64,000 bases of DNA from an uncultured Acidobacteriota bacterium (lineage in GTDB: Bacteria; Acidobacteriota; UBA6911), in assembly GCA_963809485.1 (NCBI GenBank), contig CAWEJX010000007.1, positions 672,001 through 736,000 on the forward strand. Reading direction: 5' to 3'. Made by a program: the position numbers and the translations under genes. Below the pieces are notes generated by a model, which saw only the letters and a program-made list of their open reading frames with translations, searched no databases and was not told where the DNA came from. Below, in pieces: positions 19,900 to 29,177 of the stretch; the stretch's first letter is position 1; every line of letters starts with the position of its first letter.

Positions 19900-20020
19900 G
19901 ATTCGCGGAGTATGATATGAAAGGTTGTAGATGAAGCCTTTTATGCCTGAATAATAATGCAAGAAGAGTGCCAACTGATGGATCCCCTTCCGAAAGAGCG
20001 CCAAACGAGCCTCCAATTGT
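19873..20020 (-). ncRNA. Candidate small RNA (~150 nt)
   Basis: Orphan minus-strand terminator between two plus-strand genes; TATGAT -10-like hexamer at 20027-20032. Confidence 0.35.
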
Positions 20021-20361
20021 CATGAAATCATAGGATTAGATCCGATCTGCGGCCCGGCCGGCGGCTGCGGAGGATCTGCCGCGCCTGCGGAAAATGTAAA
20101 ATTGTTTGACACTCCAGTGCCCGGCCGCCGCAAAATAAAACAGGCGGCCCGCTGTAAATAACTGTGTCGCTTGCCATTACGCAAAAGCCGGGCTCTGTAA
20201 AGCTTTTCGACGAACCTCCCTTTTCCCGGACAGGAAAAGGAACAAATATTGTTTCCCGCGATATCTGTGATTATGATGGAGTTCTGATGCAATAGGGAGA
20301 CCGGGTGTGCCGGTTGAGCCGAAATCGAGTGGCAGCATTGCATGGATGACACGGAGTGCGC

Positions 20362-20523
20362 ATGAATCCTGAAAGAGAAGGGGGCGGACCTCCGCCCGTT
20401 GCCGTCAAAGATGAACCTCCGCCCTTTCTGCGCACATGGAACCGGCTGTATGCGGCCATCGTGGTTTATACCTGCGCCCTGATTCTGGCTTTGTACCTCA
20501 TGACCGTCACTCTTAACCGCTAG
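20362..20523 (+). CDS. Small single-TM partner protein of the sodium:solute symporter (53 aa, not in ORF track)
   Basis: MNPEREGGGPPPVAVKDEPPPFLRTWNRLYAAIVVYTCALILALYLMTVTLNR; GGAG SD; 6 nt upstream of the symporter. Confidence 0.7.
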   Translation: MNPEREGGGPPPVAVKDEPPPFLRTWNRLYAAIVVYTCALILALYLMTVTLNR

Positions 20524-20529
20524 CTGCTC

Positions 20530-22275
20530 ATGCACATCGTCGACTGGATCGTCATCGTTGTCTATTTTGGCTATGTCATCGCGGAAGGATTCCGCCATGG
20601 CAGAAAGAACAAAAACCTCGATGACTATTTCCGTGGAAAACGGTCCCTGCGCTGGTGGGCTGTGGGCCTCTCGGTGATGGCCACGCAGGCCAGCGCCATT
20701 ACGTATATCGGCACCACCGGCCAGGCGCACGACGCCGGGATGTCTTTCATCCAGGTCTACCTGCCTCAACCCCTGGTCATGGCGGTCCTCTGCATGACCT
20801 TTGTCCCGTTCTTTTATCGGGCCAACATTTTCACGGCCTACGAATATCTTGAAAGACGCTTCGATTCCAGGACGCGCAGCCTGACCAGCTTTCTGTTCCT
20901 TATGTCCCGCGGCCTCGCCGTGAGTCTTGTCTTATATGCGCCCTCGATTATCCTGGCCGTCATGTTCGGCTGGAGCGAAGCGGCCACCATCCTGGTGATG
21001 GGCGCGTCGACGGTGCTGTATACCGCCGTGGGCGGCAACAAGGCCGTAATCATGATCGACGCGAAACAGATGATGCTCATGTTTGCCGGCATCTTCGTGG
21101 GCATTGCGCTCTTTGCAGCCCAGTTCCCGTCCGGCTATTCCGTTACGGACGCAGTCCGGCTGGCCGGCCTGCACGGAAAGTGGAACTGCATCGACCTCTC
21201 GCTTGATCTCAAAAACTCCTACACCCTGCTCTCGGGAATGCTGGGCGGCTTTTTCCTGGCTCTATCCTACTTCGGCTGCGACCAGAGCCAGGTGCAGCGT
21301 TACCTGACCGGAAAATCGCTTACCGAAAGCCGGCTGAGCCTCGTGTTCAACGCCTTCCTCAAGGTCCCCATGCAATTTCTTATCCTGGCCATGGGGGTCC
21401 TGATGTTCGTGTCCTACCATTTCGTCAAACCGCCGCTGAACTTCAACGCCGCCTACCAGGACCTGCTGGTGCGCAATGCCGGCGCCGAGTATGCCGGGCT
21501 GGAGAAGAGGTACGACGCTGTCTTTCAGCTGAGAAAAGAGGCGGCCCTGGCCCTGAGAGACGCCCAAAGGGCCAACGACCCTGTCCGGCTGGATGCCGCC
21601 GAAAGGCGCACCTTCGAGGTCGAGGCCGCGTACATGGAAGTGCGGAAGGAAAACCGCGACCTGCTCAAATCCGTCCTGGGATCCGAGCCCTCGAGCGAGG
21701 TCAATTACATATTCCCGTCCTTCCTGATCCGGCACGCCCCCGCGGGCATCCTGGGAATCATGCTGGCCGTCATTTTCGCGGCCGCCATGTCCACTTTCTC
21801 GTCGGAGATCAACTCGCTGGCCAGCGCCACGATCATTGATTTTTACCGGCGGTACTTTCGCAGAACGGCCAGCGACGCGCACTACCTTTGGGCTTCCCGT
21901 GGAGCCACCCTTTTCTGGGGCGTGTTCGCCACCGCGGTTGCCTGCTTCGCGGGAAGGCTCGGATCGCTGATAGAGGCCGTGAACAAGGTGGGGTCCTATT
22001 TTTACGGGCCGATTCTGGGGGTTTTCCTGCTTGCCTTCATGGTGCGCCGCTGCCGGGGGACAGGGGCGTTTTGGGGGCTTATTGCGGGCGAGGTTGCCGT
22101 TCTGGCGGTGGCCTATTACTCCTCGATTTCTTGGCTCTACTACAACGTCGTAGGCGTCGCCGTCGTTCTGGCTGTGGGGACGCTGATCAGTCTTTTCCGG
22201 AAAAATGACAGCGGCCCTTACTCGGACGGATCTGCGAACTTGTCCACGAATTTTAACGCTGACGCACGCCGATAG
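20530..22275 (+). CDS. Sodium:solute symporter (SSS)
   Basis: LSVMATQASAIT, AYEYLERRF, DQSQVQRYL, AAAMST; last codons lie inside a repeat. Confidence 0.92.
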   Translation: MHIVDWIVIVVYFGYVIAEGFRHGRKNKNLDDYFRGKRSLRWWAVGLSVMATQASAITYIGTTGQAHDAGMSFIQVYLPQPLVMAVLCMTFVPFFYRANIFTAYEYLERRFDSRTRSLTSFLFLMSRGLAVSLVLYAPSIILAVMFGWSEAATILVMGASTVLYTAVGGNKAVIMIDAKQMMLMFAGIFVGIALFAAQFPSGYSVTDAVRLAGLHGKWNCIDLSLDLKNSYTLLSGMLGGFFLALSYFGCDQSQVQRYLTGKSLTESRLSLVFNAFLKVPMQFLILAMGVLMFVSYHFVKPPLNFNAAYQDLLVRNAGAEYAGLEKRYDAVFQLRKEAALALRDAQRANDPVRLDAAERRTFEVEAAYMEVRKENRDLLKSVLGSEPSSEVNYIFPSFLIRHAPAGILGIMLAVIFAAAMSTFSSEINSLASATIIDFYRRYFRRTASDAHYLWASRGATLFWGVFATAVACFAGRLGSLIEAVNKVGSYFYGPILGVFLLAFMVRRCRGTGAFWGLIAGEVAVLAVAYYSSISWLYYNVVGVAVVLAVGTLISLFRKNDSGPYSDGSANLSTNFNADARR

Positions 22276-22368
22276 ACGCTGACGCACGCTGAAAAAATAT
22301 TTATAAATATTATTTTCTCAGCATTTTATTTTAATTGGGTGAGGACGTCTATGCAGAGACGTCCTCAC
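22242..22368. repeat. Partial copy of the 265-bp composite with collapsed hairpin
   Basis: ACGCTGAC half-array, AT tract, then GTGAGGACGTCT-ATGCAG-AGACGTCCTCAC. Confidence 0.7.
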
Positions 22369-22407
22369 TAAAAATCAATGGAGAGGTGTCCTCGCCTAAA
22401 ACTAAAG

Positions 22408-22632
22408 CTAAATCTTGATCGGCTGGCAGAGGTTCTTCGCATTTTTGGCCGACCTGCCGCAGAGAAAACATATGTACTGCGCATCCTTGGCCAGCTTGGC
22501 GGCCGTACCCATATTCCTGAGTGAAATAATGTGGCACAGGTGATGCTCGTGATTGGGGTGTGCGTCGGCAAGCAAGGGCTGCATCACTTCAACGTCAGTC
22601 AATACAACATCCTGTTTCTTCTTGGCGGCCAT
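22408..22632 (-). CDS. Small His/Cys metal-binding protein
   Basis: AGGAG SD; HEHHLC, CFLCGR, NLCQP. Confidence 0.7.
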   Translation of the reverse strand: MAAKKKQDVVLTDVEVMQPLLADAHPNHEHHLCHIISLRNMGTAAKLAKDAQYICFLCGRSAKNAKNLCQPIKI

Positions 22633-22787
22633 TGAGGTCTCCTTTCGTCCTATAAAACGCCGGTTATTACTCCAAACCTTGACTATATATAACGTCCCGC
22701 CGGCACCCTGGCAATATCGCGAACCACGATTTTTGCGGCGCTAAGCTTTCAGGTCGTCGCTGCCGCATGCCGGAACGCTGCCGAGGG

Positions 22788-23693
22788 CTATGGTCCATTG
22801 CCGGGCTGCCTGCCTTGGGATATGGAGCTGTCCGGCGGAACACTCCGGGTGAGCCAGACGTTCCCGCCGACCACCGAGCGGGCTCCCACGGTGATGCGTC
22901 CGAGAATGGTCGCGCCCGCATAGATCACGACATCGTCCTCGATCACGGGATGCCGGTCGATTCCTTTGATGAGGTTGCCGTGCTCGTCCATCGGGAAGCT
23001 CTTGGCGCCGAGCGTGACCCCCTGGTAGATGCGGACCCGGTCGCCGATAATTGTCGTTTCCCCGATCACGACTCCGGTCCCGTGATCGATAAAAAACTTT
23101 TTGCCGATTCTCGCCCCGGGGTGTATGTCGATGCCCGTCACGCTGTGGGCGTTCTCGCTGAGTATTCTCGGGATCAGGGGCACGCCGAGCGCGTACAGTT
23201 CATGGGCGACTCGGTGATTGGTGATTGCGAAAATCCCCGGGTAGCAGAATATTGTCTCGCCCGGACTCTTGGCTGCCGGATCGCCTTCGTACGCGGCCTG
23301 GACGTCCTCCCCGAGATAGCCCATCACATCAGGAAGCCTGGCGATAAAAGTGCGCGTAATGGCCTCCGCCTTTTCCAGGCACTGCTGCGTGCTGCCGTCG
23401 CCCGTGCAACCGAAACAGAAGCCGCGGCGGATCTGTTCCTGCAGATTGATGGATACCCGGTCGAGAATTGCGCCGACATGAAACGCCATGCCCTCTTCGC
23501 TGAATTCGGAGAGCTGGAAATAGCCCGGGAAAAGGACGGAGCGCAGCTGGTGCATGATCTCGACGCAACTGGCCCGCGATGGGAGCTCGACCTTGCAGTT
23601 TTTGGGCCCTCGAGGATGAAAGGAAAGCTGCTGGCATGCCGCCACCAGGCGGTTGGCCACCGATGTCAATGAAGTGTTGTCGCTATCGCTCAT
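22788..23693 (-). CDS. cysE: Serine O-acetyltransferase (CysE/EpsC type)
   Basis: GDPAA, GIDIHPGA, FIDHGTGVVIGET, YQGVTLG. Confidence 0.9.
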   Translation of the reverse strand: MSDSDNTSLTSVANRLVAACQQLSFHPRGPKNCKVELPSRASCVEIMHQLRSVLFPGYFQLSEFSEEGMAFHVGAILDRVSINLQEQIRRGFCFGCTGDGSTQQCLEKAEAITRTFIARLPDVMGYLGEDVQAAYEGDPAAKSPGETIFCYPGIFAITNHRVAHELYALGVPLIPRILSENAHSVTGIDIHPGARIGKKFFIDHGTGVVIGETTIIGDRVRIYQGVTLGAKSFPMDEHGNLIKGIDRHPVIEDDVVIYAGATILGRITVGARSVVGGNVWLTRSVPPDSSISQGRQPGNGP

Positions 23694-23732
23694 CTCCTGA
23701 ATCCCCCATTACTCCAATAATAGCATTATCAG

Positions 23733-23762
23733 AACGTTCAACGTTCAACGTTCAACGTGGAA
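23733..23762. repeat. AACGTTC heptamer tandem repeat
   Basis: AACGTTC x3 plus AACGTGG. Confidence 0.75.
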
Positions 23763-23764
23763 TG

Positions 23765-25057
23765 TCAGATCGATCCCTTCTTAATTATGCCTTCCATCAC
23801 GTCGGCGAAATAGTCGATTTCCCGCACCGACAGGGACACGTTCACGACCGCACGAATCCCGTCGATCCATCCGTCCTGGTGTTTCACGGGCGTGACGATG
23901 ATGCCCCACTTGTCGAGCAGGTGCCCCATGAGTTTCGCCATTTCCATGCCTTCAACCTTGAAGGCAGCCACTCCACAGGATTCGGACGGGTCCAGGCTCG
24001 AGTAGAAATGCACCTTCGGAAACGCGCGGAGGCGGTTTGCCCAGCGCTCCTTGAGATAGCGTATGCGGGCCGATTTGCGCTCGACGCCAATTCCCTCGTT
24101 AAAGGTGACCGCCTCCGCGATCGCCACGCGGTTGGCCGGCGTGCGCGTCCCGACATCTTCAAAGCGGCGTATGTCGTTCGGATCGTCGACTCCCGGGGGC
24201 GTCAGCGGCCAGATTTTGGAAATGCGGTTTTTGGGGATGCGCACGAAACCGTTTCCGGGCGGCGCCATCAGCCACTTGTGCAGGCTCGCGGTGTAGTAGT
24301 CGCAGCCGAGGTCCGCGAGCTTGAACGGCACATGCATGAAACCGTGGGCGCCGTCGACAAGCACCTCAATCCCTTTCGCATGCGCCATGTCGGAGATCCT
24401 GCGCACCGGAGCCATCTGGCCCGACCAGTGCGTCATGTGGCACACCATAATGATCCTGGTCCGCGGCGTCACCTGCTCCTCCACCATCTGGTAGAACTTG
24501 TCCAGCGGAACCGGGGGAGGCGGAAGCGCAACTATTTTCAGCACGATGCCATCGCGCTTCTCCCGCTGCTTCCAGGAGTTGATCAGCTTGGGGTAGTCCT
24601 GACTCGTCGTGATCACCTCGTCGCCGGGCTTCAGGTCGTATCCCATGATGGGAATCTGGCCCGCCTCCGTGCCGCCGCGGCAAATGACGAGCTCTTCGGA
24701 ATCGCAGCCCAAATGGGACGCCAGCCTTCGGCGGCAGCTCTCGATTTCATTCGCGAGAGCGAACATGGAATGCGCGGCCGCGTTGCCCGTATATTCGTTG
24801 TGCCTCCGCACGGCATCCTGGACGATGCGAAGACCGTTTTGAATGGTGCCGTTGTTCAGGTTGATCAGGTTGCGGTCTTCGGTGAAAGCCTGCTGGACCT
24901 GGAACCAGAAGTCCTCGTTGCCCGCAACCTGCTCGGGGCTCTGTCCGGCCGTGTCGCGCCCGGCGGCCAGGATTTGTTCATGAATGCTGCCGAAAGCGCC
25001 GCTCGCAACGCCGGCCCCTGCTACACAGCTTTTCAGGAAATTGCGTCTGTTCCACAT
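23765..25057 (-). CDS. Class V PLP aminotransferase (isopenicillin-N-epimerase-like), Tat-exported
   Basis: NRRNFLK Tat motif; VDGAH, ASLHKWL. Confidence 0.85.
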   Translation of the reverse strand: MWNRRNFLKSCVAGAGVASGAFGSIHEQILAAGRDTAGQSPEQVAGNEDFWFQVQQAFTEDRNLINLNNGTIQNGLRIVQDAVRRHNEYTGNAAAHSMFALANEIESCRRRLASHLGCDSEELVICRGGTEAGQIPIMGYDLKPGDEVITTSQDYPKLINSWKQREKRDGIVLKIVALPPPPVPLDKFYQMVEEQVTPRTRIIMVCHMTHWSGQMAPVRRISDMAHAKGIEVLVDGAHGFMHVPFKLADLGCDYYTASLHKWLMAPPGNGFVRIPKNRISKIWPLTPPGVDDPNDIRRFEDVGTRTPANRVAIAEAVTFNEGIGVERKSARIRYLKERWANRLRAFPKVHFYSSLDPSESCGVAAFKVEGMEMAKLMGHLLDKWGIIVTPVKHQDGWIDGIRAVVNVSLSVREIDYFADVMEGIIKKGSI

Positions 25058-25140
25058 AGCGTCTCCTTTGCATGCCGAACCATCTATAGGCTTTTTTGTA
25101 GTGAAACGCCAGTCCAAAACTGGTCGCAGGCAGTAGAAAG

Positions 25141-25405
25141 GACGGCTCTCCAGAGACTGTCTCAAAACTGCCCGCGAGCATCTCGCGACAGTCGTTTTGG
25201 GACCGACTCTGGGGGCCCGTCCATAAATTTAACGCGGACGAACGCCGATAAACGCTGACGTACGCTGAAAAATTTATAATAAATATTATTTTCCCAGTAT
25301 TTTATATTGATTGGGTGAGGACGGCCCTCCGGAAACTTTCTCAAAACTGCCCGCGAGGATCTCATGACAGTCGTTTTGAGACAGTCTCTGGAGATCCGTC
25401 CTCAC
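25141..25405. mobile_element. 265-bp composite repeat, second copy
   Basis: Colinear with 15201-15465. Confidence 0.7.
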
Positions 25406-25457
25406 TAAAATAAAGGTCTCTGGGGAGCCGTCTTCACTGGACTCGGAGGCTGGGAAT

Positions 25458-26132
25458 TCAACGGGAGTGGCGGAGGCCGAGGCGGGGGCACTGGAGCGCC
25501 ACGGGGCATCTGCTGCACCAGGGGGATACCGGCACGCACAGGTTCTGGCCGAAAGTCACAAGAATGTCGTTGTAGGTTTTCCAGTGCCGCCGGGGAAGCT
25601 TGCTGCGCAGCGCGAATTCGGTTTGCTCCGGAGTTTTGGTCGCGACATACCCCCAGATGTTGGAAATCCTGTGCACGTGCGTATCCACGCAAATTCCGTA
25701 ATCCCCGAAGCCGAGAGTCAAAACCAGGTTGGCTGTTTTCCGGCCCACCCCGGGAAGCTTCAGGAGTTCATCCATGGAACGGGGAACTTTGCCGCGGTGG
25801 CCGTCGAGGATGCGCCGGCAGGTTTCTTTCAGGTTTGCTGCCTTGGTCCGGTAAAAACCGACCGGGTAGATCAGCCGCTCGAGTTCCCGGACCGGCAGGG
25901 AGGAAATGGCCTGCGGCGTGGGGGCACGCTCCAGCAGCCTGCGCGACGCGGCTTCGGTCACCTTGTCCTTGGTGCGCAGCGACAGGATAGTGCTCACGAG
26001 TGTTTCGAAAGGACGGTCTGCGGAATCGTCCGCGATTACGCCCACGGCGGGCACTTTCCATTTCCGGATTTCTCTTTTCAGAGTGCGCAGGATGGCGTTG
26101 AGCGTCGGCGTATCCATCGGCAACGGATGCAT
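25458..26132 (-). CDS. nth: Endonuclease III
   Basis: LPGVGRKTAN HhH, VDTHVHR, C-x6-C-x2-C-x5-C 4Fe-4S motif; TGATG overlap with upstream gene. Confidence 0.9.
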   Translation of the reverse strand: MHPLPMDTPTLNAILRTLKREIRKWKVPAVGVIADDSADRPFETLVSTILSLRTKDKVTEAASRRLLERAPTPQAISSLPVRELERLIYPVGFYRTKAANLKETCRRILDGHRGKVPRSMDELLKLPGVGRKTANLVLTLGFGDYGICVDTHVHRISNIWGYVATKTPEQTEFALRSKLPRRHWKTYNDILVTFGQNLCVPVSPWCSRCPVALQCPRLGLRHSR

Positions 26133-27250
26133 CAGGCGGTTTCGAACGGGAAGGAGTAGGGAAGCCCGAGTTCGTCGCGCATGACGCAGAGCTCTTTCTG
26201 GATCACCGGATCCACGGGGATGCCCTTGGCGGCGCGTTCCAGGCCGGCGAAATACTCCTTCTCGCCGCACGTGTAGATTCGCTCCGCCCCCGGGACCTTC
26301 CTGGCGGCGCGCAAAGCCCGTAGAATGTCCCCGGTGGTTTTTTTGAAAGCGTCGATATCCGTGAAGCACTCGATATCGATGGCCATGAAAAAGTGTCCCA
26401 GGGCATGGGGAATGGCCTTCCCCTGATCGTCGAAGCCGCTGAGCTGTTTCAGGAACGATCCCTGCTGCAGCGCCGCCGACAGAATTTCCACGACGGTGGC
26501 GAAGCCGTAGCCTTTGTAGCCGCCCGTTTCCTCGCCGAGGCCGCCGAGCGGGGTGAGAGCGCTGCGTCCCTTTATCAGGTCCTCCAGGATCTTGTTCGGA
26601 TCGGTTTCCGTCCGGCCCTCGCAGTCGATCACCAGGCCTTCCGGGCAGATCAGTCCTTCCCGGGCATACTGCTCGATTTTCCCGCGCTGGATGATGGAGG
26701 TGGCGTAATCGTTGGTGAATGCGAAAGGTTCGTCGGTGGGTATGGCGAAAACGAGAGGATTCGTCCCCAGCATGTTTTCCGTTGAGTGTGTCGGGGCGAT
26801 GGAGGGGCGCGCATTGGTTCCGGTCACTCCGATCATGCCCGCCCGGGCGGCCATGAGCGCATAGTGCGCCGCATAGCCGTAATGGGTGGAATTCCGGGCC
26901 GCCACCATGCCGATGCCGTGGACGCGGGCTTTTTCCATGGCCATTTCCATGCAGCGTTTGGCGATAACCATGCCCATGCCGTGGTGGCCGTCCACCACGG
27001 CTGCGGCTTTGCAGTCGCGGACAATCTCGAATTGGGTTACGGGTTTCTGTATTTTGCTTTTGGCGATGCGGTCGTAATAGATCAGCTTCATACGTCCGAC
27101 TCCGTGCGAGTCGATGCCGCGCCGGTCTGCGGCTATCAGGACGTCCGCGCACACCCTGGCATCGGCGTCCGGCACACCCACTCCTTTGAATACGTCTACG
27201 ATGAAGTCCTCCAACAAATCACAGGGTATCCACGATGTAGCACCGGTCAC
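26132..27250 (-). CDS. Ldh_2-family (malate/L-lactate/L-sulfolactate) oxidoreductase
   Basis: RGIDSHG, NSTHYG, GTNP, GYKGYG. Confidence 0.9.
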   Translation of the reverse strand: MTGATSWIPCDLLEDFIVDVFKGVGVPDADARVCADVLIAADRRGIDSHGVGRMKLIYYDRIAKSKIQKPVTQFEIVRDCKAAAVVDGHHGMGMVIAKRCMEMAMEKARVHGIGMVAARNSTHYGYAAHYALMAARAGMIGVTGTNARPSIAPTHSTENMLGTNPLVFAIPTDEPFAFTNDYATSIIQRGKIEQYAREGLICPEGLVIDCEGRTETDPNKILEDLIKGRSALTPLGGLGEETGGYKGYGFATVVEILSAALQQGSFLKQLSGFDDQGKAIPHALGHFFMAIDIECFTDIDAFKKTTGDILRALRAARKVPGAERIYTCGEKEYFAGLERAAKGIPVDPVIQKELCVMRDELGLPYSFPFETA

Positions 27251-27514
27251 TTTGCGCTCCTCACTGTTTCATCAGTCCCGCGAGGGAAGGAAGCTAGTAT
27301 AAAAGCGGAAAAGCATCCCCGGTGCAAGCAAAAGCTTCGGCGGCAAAAAATGCAACCCCGATGCAGACCGGAGCTGACGGGCCCCGGATTGAGTCGGAAT
27401 CAGGCGGCGGGACGCCGCGGACTCATTAAATGCTTGCAAATACTGATCCATGCATGGCACAAAGGCCAACACGTTGCTTCGATTCAGGACGGGTCCGAAT
27501 AAAGGGGAGGGTCA

Positions 27515-29095
27515 ATGGAAAAAGCAGGGCAACAAAAAGCGGAACCTGCCTATACGAAGAGGCAGATTTTCATGGCGCTGGCAACCGTGTTCCTGGTGCA
27601 ACTCGTCTACAGCTACTATATCCAGACCCCCGGCATCGCTGCGCCCAAAATGGCTGCAGATCTGGATGGGATGGCCCTCTACTCCTGGAGCGTTTCCATC
27701 CCCGGTCTGGGGCTGGCATTCGGGACGATTCTGGTAGGGAAGCTCTCGGATATTTACGGCCGGCGGTCTATGCTGCTTGTCTGCCTGATTATTTTCACCC
27801 TGGGCGCGGCACTCAGCGCGATCAGCCCGACATATATTTTTCTGATTGCCGCCCGGACTATTCTTTGCCTGGGCCAGGGAGCGCTTTCCCCGCTGGTCTT
27901 TTCGGTCCTGGGCGACATGTTCCCGCCGTCCGAACGAAGCCGTCTGGTGGGGCTGCTCAACATACCTATGGGAATCTTTGCCGTATTCGGTCCTACGCTG
28001 GGCGGATGGCTGACCGACACCATGAGCTGGCGCCACATCTTCTGGTGGGGAGTGCCGCTTCTGCTCCTCTGCTTTGTATTCCTCTTCGGGATGCCCGCGC
28101 TGGTACAGGGCGCTGCCCGCAAAATTGATATCCGCGGATGCCTCTGGATGACATTTGCCTCCTCCGCCCTGATCTTCGGTCTTTCATTTGCCGGCACGAC
28201 CTATCCCTGGGCCTCCGTCCAGGTTATCGGGCTGCTCGCATTATCATTAATCTTCTCGTTCTTCTTCATACGGGCCGAAGCAAAAGCAGCGGAGCCCATC
28301 CTGGATCTCCAGGTGCTGCGCAACCGCTCTTTCATCACCGTGTCGGGAGCCGGCCTTTTGTCCTTTTTCGGATCGATAGGCATCATGCTCTACTACCCGC
28401 TCCTCATGCAGGGCATCCAGGGCGTGAGCGCCATGAGAAGCGGGCAGATCCTGACTCCCTACGGAGTGCTTTCTTCCTTCATCGGGGTGCCGACCGGGTT
28501 TTTGCTTGCCCGTACGAAGCACTACAAATGGATGTATGTAATCGGTTACGCCATCATGGCCGCCGCCATGTGCGGCATGATCTTTTTCGATTCGGATACC
28601 TCCATTCTCTGGGGCCTGCTGGTGTGCACCCTCTCCGGTGTAGGACTGGGCGCCATCCCGACCATCAATACGCTCGTTGTTCAGTACGCCGTCCCCAAGC
28701 GGCTGCTGGGCGTAGCCATGGGCGCGCTCTTTTTCAGCATCTCCATGGGAGTCGCAGTCGCGCCCGCCATACTGGGTTCGGCGATGAACATGCAATACAA
28801 CAGCACGCTCAAAGCCTCCCTTCCTGCCGAATTGACCCGGATCGCCGACGATGCAACCATGACCTCCCTGGGCAATCCCAGGGTGCTCCTTTCCGAACCG
28901 GCGATGAAGGCGCTTCAGGAAATGCTCGGGAAAAGGGAAGGGGGGCAGCGGCTGTTCGAGCAGACCGTTCAGGCGATACGCGTGTCCATGGAAGCCGGGC
29001 TGAAAGCCGTCTTTATCATCGGCGCATTGACCATGGTGCTGGCCTTCCTACTGATTTGCACAGTGCCCGAGATCCCGATGGAAGACAAGAGCTGA
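27515..29095 (+). CDS. MFS transporter (DHA2/14-TM type)
   Basis: GKLSDIYGRR motif A, GPTLGG, multiple TMs. Confidence 0.9.
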   Translation: MEKAGQQKAEPAYTKRQIFMALATVFLVQLVYSYYIQTPGIAAPKMAADLDGMALYSWSVSIPGLGLAFGTILVGKLSDIYGRRSMLLVCLIIFTLGAALSAISPTYIFLIAARTILCLGQGALSPLVFSVLGDMFPPSERSRLVGLLNIPMGIFAVFGPTLGGWLTDTMSWRHIFWWGVPLLLLCFVFLFGMPALVQGAARKIDIRGCLWMTFASSALIFGLSFAGTTYPWASVQVIGLLALSLIFSFFFIRAEAKAAEPILDLQVLRNRSFITVSGAGLLSFFGSIGIMLYYPLLMQGIQGVSAMRSGQILTPYGVLSSFIGVPTGFLLARTKHYKWMYVIGYAIMAAAMCGMIFFDSDTSILWGLLVCTLSGVGLGAIPTINTLVVQYAVPKRLLGVAMGALFFSISMGVAVAPAILGSAMNMQYNSTLKASLPAELTRIADDATMTSLGNPRVLLSEPAMKALQEMLGKREGGQRLFEQTVQAIRVSMEAGLKAVFIIGALTMVLAFLLICTVPEIPMEDKS

Positions 29096-29175
29096 GTGGA
29101 ACGTGGAAGGTGGAACGTTTCACGTTTAAACGTTCCAACGTTCCAACGTTTAACGTTCCACGTTCCACCTTCCAC
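29096..29175. repeat. GGAACGT/ACGTTCC heptamer palindrome between convergent genes
   Basis: GTGGAACGTGGAAGGTGGAACG...CGTTCCACGTTCCACCTTCCAC. Confidence 0.8.
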
Positions 29176-29177
29176 AG

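Noticed and set aside
15201-25405. CRISPR repeats (GTCTCAAAAC / GTTTTGAGAC resemble type II repeat ends)
   Set aside because: The motifs are inverted hairpin arms in dispersed pairs with a conserved intervening sequence; no unique spacers and no cas genes
25458-27152. 564-aa N-terminally extended endonuclease III
   Set aside because: The extension is an alternative frame of the Ldh_2 gene; the real start is at the TGATG overlap (26132) or at 26117
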